Shown: piece by piece, positions 30,210-41,079 of the stretch
How the letters are laid out: each line of letters opens with the position of its first letter
Numbering within the stretch: position 1 is the first letter of the stretch
NCBI GenBank assembly: GCA_002269645.1
Contig: NIVC01000109.1
Span: 908,780-972,779 of the forward strand
DNA: 64,000 nucleotides
Reading direction: 5' to 3'
Source: Macrostomum lignano
Lineage: Eukaryota
The notes under the pieces: model-generated
The model's database searches: none
What the model saw: the letters and a program-made list of their open reading frames with translations, nothing else
Told to the model about the DNA's origin: nothing
Program-made: the position numbers and the translations under genes

Positions 30210-33200
30210 TACTGCAATAACCTACACAGATTTTCTTGCATCCTGAAATATATTATAACCTAGATAAGGATTAGAAAAAATACGCGAGCAAGACAAAAAC
30301 GAAATAATCAATAAATCAATAATTTATGTTGTTTGACAAAAACTAAAACACTTACACCGAATATAACAATAAATGCAGCAAGCAAAGATTAAGCAAAGAT
30401 GACTTCTTAAACTATAAAAAATATTTTTTAAGCTAATCACAAGCTTAGGGATAACTTTTCCTTTTTACATTGCATTGAGTAAGCCACCTGAGTAAAGAAT
30501 GATTCACAGTAAGAATCAATCCATAAAAAGTAGTAGACTTGTTGATTTATCAATAAGAATGTCAATAAGCTGCATTGCAGTCAGTCTCACACTCTCGTAT
30601 TATCAAATTCAAGTATTCTTAAACTCAAGAGCATCCGAATACCGATAGAAAGTGGAGGTAGCGCGCGGTTTAAGGCGAAAAAGAGTGGAATTAAATATTT
30701 TCACAATAGCAGTAGTACGGATAAGACGAACAACAATTGACTTGTTCTTTCTTCAGGATGTCCCATGTGCACTTAAAGCGCGTTTTCCAGTCGTATAGTT
30801 GCGGCTTCAATTGAAATATTGGCGCGTTCGAATAGACAAAATTGCAAGCAGTCAGGGTTGATACAAGCAAAATTTAATTCGGATTTAGTCAAATAAGATT
30901 TTGCAGTTCAAAGTTATGAAGCTATAGTATAAAGTATAGCAAATATAACGAATAACAAACTCTGTACTCGCAGAAAATAGTGAATTCTTACGTGCTATTA
31001 CAACACCAAATTGGAAAACAGCCGCTAATGTTCAAATGATTCGGGTCTCGAGGTGAATCAGAATGCGGGTTGTTTAACTTTGGGGGAGGGGAGAATGAGG
31101 GGTTTCGGTACAGGGGGGAAGGACCCCAAAGCACGAATCAACAATATGGAGGTGAGTGGTATACGAACAAGCAATGCACATTTGTCATGATCCTTCAACC
31201 AACCATAACTCGACAAGCATGTAGTGTCCTGTCTAGACTTCATTGTTTGGACAGACTATGCCAAAATCACTTCTTTTAACTTCTACCAGACCAGAATTTT
31301 ATAATACAAAAAGCCTGGTGGGGAAAGAACGGAAATTCAACGAGTTTGACTAGCGAGTAGTGATGACTCATTCTTTCTCTGGACAGATGCGTGTAGGGTA
31401 TAAAATAAGCCCGAACGCAGACCCTACGGTCCCATTGGCACTGATAAGGGTGGATAACCCAAGGTTCCAAGGATATAGACTGACCCTCGAGGGTTAATGC
31501 AAGGTGAAGAAGGTCCTGTGGGACTTGCCCCAATTTTATCTTCTTAAATTCCTAGCTGTTCCTTTCTATCCACGTTAAGTTAAAAACGGACATCAAAGGG
31601 GAAATCCTACGAAATATAGATAGGCTGCGCCATAGACAACGCTTAAATTACTGAAACTCGACCGAGAAACAAGCAAACCTGACATTAGACACAAAGCATT
31701 TTGCACTGCCGCTGCAGCCGAATATTGCGCACTTTGTGGCTTTGAAAGTGCAGCATGATGAACGTATCTTATCAATAAGCTTACTGACTGAACTGTGTGC
31801 AGAAACTGACAAGTCTGGGCCACAGACAGATGGTTTGGACTTCGAAGTAACAACTCGGCGCCAGCGCTTTGGCCTTATTGTCGTTCTGGCTCAATAATGC
31901 GATCTCATTTCAACACTGTTTGTTCAAGTGGTTCTTTGTGTGGTTTAATACCTGGTCTGATGTCCTGCGCGGTTTTCTGACCTGAGCGAGTCGGGGAGTG
32001 GAAAGGGAGAATTGGAATTCGTACATGGCAATCATCTTATCAGCTCAGCAGTAAACAAAAAAGCGCTAAGTTCCGAAATCCCTGACCAAGACACAGATCC
32101 AGATTTCGGTTTGAGGCTTGTTCAGTAATCAAATACTTTTAATAAGAACCTCCGAAACCGGCGCAGGAGAAGCCGCCCAGGCGTGCCGTACAATCCAGCT
32201 GGACCTGTGGAAGCATCCTAAAAAAGAAAAAAGTATCCGCTTTAACCATTAGTGGAGTCAATTTCAGCAAATATTAGTTTTACTTACCATTAAATTTGTT
32301 TAGTTGCATTACAAATTAGGGCAAGACCAGAAGTCGGGCTAAGAGTTCAGACACGGTTGTGAAATCCTGCCACGTTGGAGCACTCGATTGCAGTTGCATC
32401 GCGAAATTTTCAGCGAAGAGTCCACTCGTTTCTCGTTAGCTCAGTTGTTATAGTTACCTCAGTTGAGGCAGATTCCTCGCAAATATTTTATTATTACAAT
32501 ACTAATCTTCATGCCAATCTCTTCTAGTTGAGCTAGCTTGATGCATCCGTTTTATGCTTTCCAATGTCAACATCGAAATGAGATGAAATCACTCTTGTAA
32601 GTGGTGGACTTTTCGGTTTAGGCCAAAAACTAAAAACCAATGCTAGCCAGTCGAACCTGTTTTGAAGCTAGAAATATATATTTTTCATTTACGCTGGAGG
32701 TCTTGGCTTTTATTCTTAGACAAAATTACAGTCAAGATTTTTATTTCATTTAAAGCCGTGGTGTCTGCTGAATACGAAGGCTTTATGGGAAGGTTACACG
32801 ATACATGTATAGTCAATGGGAGGAGAATCAGAACAATCTCTCGCAGGAAGAAATAAAATAGAAGCCGTGTTTCTATATAGAGACACTGCGAAATCCGCAG
32901 GTTACATCATTCGTGATTGAAACTTGAGAAGTTATCCCTTTTCGAGGCAAGAGGACTCTACTTAACTGTCCGGAGCGGAGTCTACTCTAATCTATATTGG
33001 ATACTAGCTCTCCTGCCGTACTTTATACCGATTTGTAAATGCTTCATATATAGTACACACTATGTAGGGATGTTGGACATCACAACGATTGCAGTAGCAG
33101 CATCGAACCTTTTATTTCAATTTTGCTGCGTACATAATATCTTTATATAATTTTATAATGATCTGCTAGAGTAGAATTGGTTGTTTTGCAGTAGCATTGT

Positions 33201-34815
33201 TTAAAGAATCGTATTCCAAAAGGCTGAAATAGGTAAAAAACGGTGTACATGAATTAGAATATCCCATTTTGGCAAACGACATATGAGACACTTGCCTTAA
33301 AATATTAACCTAGACGTTGATTCGAAAACTAAGGAGACACACATTGTAATACACTCAGCAACAGCTCTCCCCCTATTCACGCTGTCACGCGGCACTCAAG
33401 TTAAGCAATGTCTTTAATGCTAGTTGCAGTAACGTATGTAGGAACTACGAGCACGCCAAAGTGCCGTTACCCGTCGTGGCATCTTGATCAGCAGCGAGTT
33501 TGCTTAAAAGTTTTTCAAAAACATGGGTAATACAGTAATACACGTACCGGAGCAAGTCCTGAATGTTAATACTAATAACTAATATCAATTTCTGTATGCA
33601 ATTTGCATGTTGTGTCGGCCGCGCCGTAAGGGATTTGGGCAAATATTAATGGTTTCATCTGACACTGTCACAACTCACAAGCTTCCATATACTTTTCTCT
33701 CTAAAAGTCGAAGCAAAAATGCTCAGTCATTGAGACGATGCCTTCTTTAAATAAATAAAACTAAGGGAGGTGGGGTGGTTGGGTCGTTGACTGTTTGTGG
33801 CACGAGAGCGATAAAAAATAGGGGTTAGGCAAAAGCCTTGAGTGGATCGATAAATTGGACAAACGCCCTACCCCCAGCCAACCAAACCCTTAGATGTACT
33901 TAGTCAATGTACATTCTTAGATAATACATTTTTAGCTTTAGGGCGGCTTCATTCAGAAACGTGGGGTTAACCCTCCGTACACTCAATTCAATAGCCTGGT
34001 CTGTTTCTCTCTCCCATCCAGATTTCTATTGGTTCATACCCTCTCGTAAATGACTGCTGCTATTTCGTACGAACTGTCTGCCTCCCTTCATTTTATTGCA
34101 AGTTTTTGCAAGAGCCTGTTAAGCTTATGTCTTGTACATTATATGCCGTCCCGATAAATGTGCATCGCTTAGATACGCAAAAAGTTCCTATAGCTAAGGT
34201 CCCCTAGGGTCTTCTCAAATTAAATTCATTCGATCTATCCGAAATAGTGAGGTAACACATCATGCAGATAAACTAGCTGTACTATCTAATTAAATGAAAG
34301 TGCCCTGCAAACGATATTAAATAAATAAATTTAAAAAGCTTCAGGTAGAACTTGCTACAAGTAAAAACAAAAAAATATTGCAGAATTTTGCAGTTTTTTT
34401 GAGAAAAACTCAAAGTTCATAACTAATACAGTAATACAAATAATAATGATAATACAATAAGACAGTACAAAAGCAAACACGCAATAATAAAAAAATTACT
34501 ATAAACATTTTGTCGATACATGCAAACAAAACAATATAGATTTTGAGACAATTTCGGGCCCCTGAAAGGTAAAAAAATAAATTGTGCGTAATGCAGATCA
34601 GTGCCCGAGCGGGTGCTCATACTGTGTGAGAGTGAGACCTCCGAGCAGGACCGACTCGTGGCTCAAGAAACTTGATTGATTAGTTGATCCACGTTTATCG
34701 AAACCAACAACAATATTAAAACTATGTCGGATGAATGTGCTAACAAACAATATACAAACCAAAGAGTATTGAAGTCGCCTTGTATAAAGTACCAATAAAG
34801 ACGAAAAGTTGAAAC

Positions 34816-35877
34816 CAAAGAGTATTGATGTCGCCTAGTATAGAGTGCCAATAAAGATGAAAATCTGAAGCCGATTTTTTAAATCCACCCCATGGAGGAA
34901 AGAATAGAATGGAGTGCCAATCTGAGCAAGTTATTTTCGTCTCACTCGATCTTCACTTTTAACATCCCTTCCCCCCCCCCGTTCTTTCCTATTGGCTCGT
35001 GACTGCCATAGACAAAGTATTTTTCGTCTCGTTTTCGTTTTCGTTCCCCTCTGAAAGGTCTGTCCCAGCATAGTACGAGCTCGCATCAGAATATGCTTTC
35101 AGCCAATAGGAAGGAACGGGGGGGAGGGATGTTAAAAACGAAAATCGAGCGAGACAAAAATAACTGGCTCAGACCAGCACTCCATTCTATTCTTTCCTCC
35201 ATGATCCACCCACCCTCTCCGGTCACCAAGCTTTTTAGTCTATGGCACAAGTTGTGGCTAGAATGGTGTACAAAGCCGATGCTAAGAAATATACATAGAG
35301 TGCATGAGAAAAATACAAGTAGCTAATGTAGCTGGACGAATACCATGTATGCTTAAAACGTCCTCAAGACTTTATTTCTGTATCTATACTGTAACCGTAC
35401 GTACATTGATTGTATTGTGTAAGGAGAAAAGAAGTTGAGCAGGATTCTTGCAGTAGAGTCGGAAAGACAAAAACATAAGTGATAAACAGGCAGAGTGAAG
35501 GTCCTTGAAAGGCAGACGAAAGAAGGATACAGATGCATCAGAAACGCAGTTATTGCAATTAGCTACCGCGCACTTTAGTGGCATGGCTGTTGTTGTTCAG
35601 ACGTAAGGGCTATATGGCATGGCTGTTCCGGAGTTGTGTATCGACGATGGCAACTGAGTCTGGTGACTGAGCGATGTTGTCTTGCTTATTTAATACATGA
35701 ATTTTTCAAGTGTGAAATGTCTTATATTTCTGAGCATCGGCTTTGCACACCACTCCAGCCACAACTTGTGCCATAGACTAAAAAGCTTGGTGACCGGAGA
35801 GGGTGGGTGGATTCTAAAAATCGGCTTCAGATTTTCATCCTTATTGGAACTATACTAGGCGACCTCAATACTCTTTG
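34816..35877 (-). mobile_element. Non-autonomous P-superfamily DNA transposon with THAP remnant
   Basis: Termini CAAAGAGTATTGA.../...TCAATACTCTTTG; about 150-bp TIRs; exact 8-bp TSD GTTGAAAC (34808-34815, 35878-35885). Internal minus-strand ORF from 35584, MPLKCAVANCNNCVSDASVSFFRLPFKD, is the N-terminal half of a THAP zinc finger. Confidence 0.88.
34891..35203. mobile_element. 313-bp MITE (P- or hAT-type) nested in the left TIR of the P element
   Basis: About 110-bp TIRs CATGGAGGAAAGAATAGAATGGAGTGC.../...GCACTCCATTCTATTCTTTCCTCCATG; exact 8-bp TSD ATCCACCC (34883-34890, 35204-35211). Confidence 0.92.
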
Positions 35878-36381
35878 GTTGAAACCTATTTTTTATCCAC
35901 ATAGCTGACCCTTCGGTTACCACGTTTTTCGTCAATGGCACAAGCTGTGGCTAGATTGGTGTACAAAGCCGGTGCTCAGAGATTTAAATTTTGGGACAGT
36001 TCGCACTTAGAACATAAAAAATAATGCATCAAAATAAGCAAGACCACTTTGCCCAGCCACCGGGCTCAGTCATGCCACTGTCGATTACACTATTCCACAT
36101 GCACCATGCCACTAAAGTGCGCGGCAACCTATTGCAATAGCTGCGTTTCTGAACACAAGTTAAGGGTGGATCACATGTATGACTATAAGATTTGCAAAAC
36201 AAGCAAGCAGAATGTACGATGATCAAAAGCAATTGCTGGGTCTGGGTTCACATCTGACGCGTATATAAAGCCACTAAATAAATCAAGCAATAATTATTGA
36301 GGTAATGATAGATTGAAATTAACCAGAATAAAATATAACTAAGTATTTCATAAAAATTACTTGAGACGGCTTCCTAAGAAA

Positions 36382-39060
36382 TCAATCAGATACAATTTCG
36401 CCCTCTTCTAGTTCGATTTCATCATCAAAGTATAAAAGTTCACCGTTTAAATGCGAGGAAGCACAGTTTCTATCTGCTGTGGCCATATTTATAACAGCCT
36501 TGTTAATCTTTGATGAAGATGATTGGCTAGATGAGCCTTCATTTCGACGCTTTCTATGTTGATGTAGATCTGAAGTTGACGAGTGTTTAGACTTGGATTT
36601 GTCTGATACAGAAGTAGGTGCGCTGGACTTTCTGTGCACTGAAGTACCTGAGACGAATGTACGTGCGCTGGACTTCCTGTGCACTGCAGTACCTGAGACG
36701 GATGTATGTGCGCTGTACTTTCTTTTCAGCAAGGCAGTTGAAGCAGACGTAGATGATTTGTGCTTACTTTTAACCGACGCGGTTTTGGCTAACCTTTGAG
36801 TATTAACGATAGATTCCTTTTGTTTAGAGGCAGACTTCATGGGTTTATATGACTTTTTCCGTGCTAACGCATCCGAGGCAGCGATCAGCTCGGGTTTGTT
36901 TTTTGTCGCGTCAATTTTGACAGAAGTCGGTGTGGTCGATTCGCTACCAAGGGTAGAGGTACTTGCAATCGATTTTTTAACCGACGCGGATGTGACAGGA
37001 ACAGAGCTGTTAGAAGTTGAAATTCTAAAAGAGCCAAACAAAGAAGCAGCAGTACCGGAAGCAGAGTTTCTGAAAGCGTCTAGCAACGAAGTAGAAGCTT
37101 TGGAAGCTGTTGTTACAACAGGGGTAGAGCAGCGGGTAGAGCTCAACGATGAAGCAGCAGCTGTGACAGAAGAAGCAACAGTGGTGGAGCTGCAGGTACC
37201 GGTAGAGCTAAGCAATGAAGAAGCTGTGGCATTAACGGAATATTTTAAGTTTGGTGCAGCCTGTAGCAAATTATCCGAACCGGTTGCAGAGGAAGTGGTG
37301 GTCACAGCTGACGCAACTGTTACTTCATTAATAGACGGTGCAGCTGTTCCAGAGTCAACTACTGAAGTCGAAGTCGTGACACGTGAGCTGGGTATCGCAG
37401 GATTTATTACAGAAGCTTTACATGTAGAAGTTCCAGAAGCTAAGTCAGCAGACATTGTTTCCGACAGACGGATTTGCATAGGACAGGAAGCCTTAGCAGG
37501 AAGAGGCGGCAAAGGCTGTGCGAATAAGTCCATAGGAGGGAAAATGTTTAAATGAGGCGGCACAGGCAATGATGGGGCTACTCCTAGATTTCCTGAAAAG
37601 CAAGCCGCCATTACTGGGCAAGTCGGAAGTGGTGACGACTGAGGCGGCGGTTGGAGAAATACAACTTGAGCAGAAGAACCGCAGTTAGAGGAGGTTGAGA
37701 CAGAAAATGGCATCGACATGAGAGGCGGTATCGCCATCGGACTTGATTGCTGAACGTGACCGTACGGTGCAGCGCCCGATGGTTGCGTTGATTTCAAGAC
37801 TGTCGAATAGTTTAGCAGGCCGGAGTCGCTGCTGCTGAAGCCTACCTGGCAAGACGACGCTGCTGATTCCGATGAAGGGCGCACTAATGAGGACATCATC
37901 GGCGGCACCTGCAGACGATCGCTAGCAGCTTCTATAGAAGACTGCATGATTGGAGCTACGGCAGGTGGGACGGACGCTGTAGTAGATTCAGAGACAGTAA
38001 CAGCAGCGGTTGATGTAGCAGGGGTCGATCGGCGTCCGATGAACTCCAGCGCCTGCAGCTTAGACCAGCGGCTTCTCAGCTGGGTAACAATAATATCCTC
38101 AATGCCTTGAATAACGTTAAGCAAATCGCATATATTCGGAAGCGGCGAACTGAAACCACTGAGCTCTGTTAACTCGTGCAACGCTTCAACGCATAGGCTG
38201 CACCAGACTGGCCAAGACTTCCGCACGCTGACAACGTCCGGCTGCCGATGCTCACCGGCGGCCAAGAGCGGTAGAAGCGCCGGCTCCAAAGCGATGGAGG
38301 AGAATGCGCGAACCAACTCGACGCGCAGTAGGTGGCGCAGCTCAGAGTCTGGCAGCCGGATCTGAGGAGCAAACATGATGAGGGCGAATCATTATTAAGT
38401 AAACGTGCAATTCTTAAATTCTTAATTCAATTTTAGCCTTACGGTCTGCAACTAGTGCTACATAGACGCAGGTGGGGCTTCAGGCACTGTCGCAAATCAA
38501 GGCGAAAGTCTATACACAGCCAGCGAGTAGGAAAGCACTGTAGTTAAATGCTCATACCACTGACCCCTGAATGCGTAAATGCGCACCTTACAATACGCAA
38601 ACGCAAGCACACAGCGTAAAGTGGCCGGACTTTTCAACGTTAGGCAGTGTGCATGTGCACAAAGCCCAAGGAGCCGACCCATATCGTACATTCCCCGGAC
38701 CCATTTCAGCTCACGAGAAGCAGATTTCCATGCACGGTCGAGCGGAATCAAAGCCAGTGGCTTTGGCGCGAGAGTGGACATGCTACCGATTTCTTTGCTA
38801 CTTTCCGTGATGTCGGATAACGACTTTCAACTATTGTAATGCGTCAAATAAATGCCAAAACTGCTCACCTGTAACTCGCGGAACTCAAGTGCAGCCGCCT
38901 GTTTCAACTGTTCTGCGGCCTCCTTGCTGGCGACGTTGCGCAGACTCCAGCGTACAGTCAGCAGCATGCGTAGAAAACGCGTGTCTGATCTAAATGAGGC
39001 GGATTTCTTGTTATAGGCTGCCGAGGCCATGTCCAAGTCACGCTGCAATATGTAAACCAT
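36382..39060 (-). CDS. Unknown protein, about 723 aa: helical N-terminal domain, long S/T/P-rich region, basic region, C-terminal EEGEI motif
   Basis: Exon 39060-38869 (donor CAG|GTGAGC) joins in phase 0 to 38361-36382 (acceptor CTCCTCAG|ATC). Basic K/S/R-rich segment near the end; terminal DDEIELEEGEIVSD. An acceptor just before the ATG means upstream exons may exist. Confidence 0.7.
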
Positions 39061-39583
39061 GCTAATAATAATAGAGCATATTTTTAAAGCAGAATATAAT
39101 GACGAAAAATGTTTTAAGTCAATAGAGTAAAGGAATAAAGAGGATTTGAAGTATGACTGTTATTTTGCGCAATGTAGCGCTTTGCTTCTCTACCTCCCCC
39201 GTAGACGAAATAGCAATGTTCTGACTCAGAGTATTGAGATAGCAAAATACAGAGAGTTAACTCGCTTCTAAAATCCAACCGTCTCTCCAGTCACCAGAGA
39301 CTTCTATTCATATCTATTTATACCTGAGTATTGCATTTCTCAATCAGTCCAAGTCCATGAGCATCTATAATTTCAGCCACGCGTGGAGATCAACTTGGAA
39401 CAAAGATGGCGTGTTTTTCCATGGACAGTGCAGGGAATACTCCCTGGACAGAGAGAGTATTCCCTGGACAGTGTTTTGTGACACAATATTGCTGCTATGT
39501 GAGCTGGGGGTTTTGGCCCATAGAATGACTCACTGTGACACATCCGAAGCATCCGAATTCCGGCTTATGCATGCAATGCAATA

Positions 39584-39799
39584 CACCTTTTCACGTTCGA
39601 TTTTGATCAAAGTCCAGTTCTAAAAAAACTTGCGGAAATTCAATTCAGACAATTTAGACTGGGACCCAGTCTAACCCCAGCTCAAAACATTCTAACCGAA
39701 GTAAGGTTCAGCCATAGACAAAATTATCCTGAGTCTGAATTGAATTTCCGCTAGTTTTTTTAGAACTGGACTTTGATCAAAATTGAACGTGAAAAGGTG
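39584..39799. mobile_element. 216-bp MITE with TA target duplication (Tc1/mariner-type)
   Basis: About 65-bp TIRs CACCTTTTCACGTTCGATTTTGATCAAAGTCCAGTTCTAAAAAAA.../...TTTTTTTAGAACTGGACTTTGATCAAAATTGAACGTGAAAAGGTG, with TA on both sides. Confidence 0.85.
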
Positions 39800-39879
39800 T
39801 AGCATAGAAACAGGTGAAAGAAAAGATATGAACTAGAGCCCACCTATTCTGTGTATTCCTTGATGAATGCTTGAGCCTC

Positions 39880-40021
39880 GACACTTCGTACGATATTTTA
39901 GTCTGAGGTTGCAACCATGGACGAAAATGTGGGTCACCGGAGGGGGTGGGTGAACCCGCTTTAACTTTACAGCCTCATCGGTACTATATATAAGGCGATA
40001 AGGCGATGTTAATACTCTTTA
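39880..40021. mobile_element. Diverged right end of the same P-superfamily family
   Basis: Reverse complement TAAAGAGTATTAACATCGCC...CACCCACCCCCTCCGGTGACC...TTTTCGTCCATGG aligns with the TIR at 34816. Confidence 0.7.
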
Positions 40022-41079
40022 GTCTGACTCTAAGCCACAGACATTAGAATAACTAGATGTGGGCCACTCAGCACATTTGCGTGTAAGCTACTTTCAGTTC
40101 AGTAGTAAGTTAAACAGAAGCATTTTGAATGTATTTTTAAAGACAAGGCTTTATTATTGGCCCTTACCCCTCTCCACCACCCCTACAAAACCTGTACCCT
40201 CGTCCCGTCGCCCAATTTTTATTGCCGTTCTCGGTGTTTCCAGTCAGTTGCCGCCATTTACATCGTCAGTGGCGTTGGCTAATGTATCAATTGGCAAGTT
40301 GTTTACGTCTGCAAGCTTGGGCTTCTAAACTTAATCAAAGTCTTTTTAGTTGCCTTTATTTTTATAAAATTGCTTATGTATTCTTTCTTGCTACTGAACT
40401 GGCAGTAGAAAGGCTGCTTTACTAAGAACTCTATGCCTAAGTGGCTTATCAAGTTATTGGGAGAATAACTTGAGAGAAAACTGATGAGAGCAAATCCAAA
40501 CTATATGGATTAGTCTTAAGCAGAGAGTAGACAGACAGACAGGAAAGTGAAATAAAAAGTGACAGAAGAGTCTAATAAAAAATCTACGAAATATAAAATG
40601 ACTAACACAAAGATGGCTGACTTCAACAGAAACTCAACAGTACTGAACTAGTTAGCTGTGGAATTGCATCAAGTTTAATACAAAAAGCACAAGTCCAAGT
40701 GAATAAAGTGTGTGCGTTTGAACCATCACCGATTGATTAAAAAGAATTACAAAAATAATAAATTACTTAGCCGACAAAAGCAGACCAGCTGTCATCAGAG
40801 CAGGTTCAGATGGTGTCAATGAAGACGAACGAAAAAGCATCGAATGAGTGGGTTATTCATATTTTGTTAATTAAATTTGAGTTTCAAATTGAACGCGAGT
40901 GACACAAAAAACGTGCCGCTGAGAATCGAATGACATCTTCTAGCAAGAATTGAAATTATAAGTTATAACAAATATTTCAATAAAAAATCATATTACATAT
41001 TCTAAGAAAATAACTTTCAGGGCTACGGTTCAAAAGGCCTAATAAACGCAAACTAATTAAAACTAGGAAACTCAAAACT

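Larger units (their letters stand above)
34760..35990. mobile_element. Older P-superfamily left end split by a younger copy
   Basis: CAAAGAGTATTGAAGTCGCC at 34760 runs to GTTGAAAC (34815) and resumes after 35885 (...GTCAATGGCACAAGCTGTGGCTAGATTGGTGTACAAAGCCGG), aligning with the TIR of the inserted element. Confidence 0.7.

Noticed and set aside
31590-32500. Minus-strand spliced exons (donor about 32288, acceptor about 32219)
   Set aside because: All frames close quickly; may be UTR or lncRNA but cannot be supported as a feature.
33761-33893. Small inverted repeat CTAAGGG...CCCTTAG as a MITE
   Set aside because: Only about 7 bp match perfectly, with no TSD and no second copy in the window.
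36839-37555. 238-aa plus-strand ORF
   Set aside because: Antisense shadow of the S/T-rich minus-strand gene.
38443-38486. Extra 44-nt exon (CLKPHLRLCSTSCR) in the 36.4-39.1 kb gene
   Set aside because: Good splice signals, but inclusion shifts the frame out of the long ORF; direct joining of the flanking exons keeps frame. It could be a poison exon, which is untestable here.
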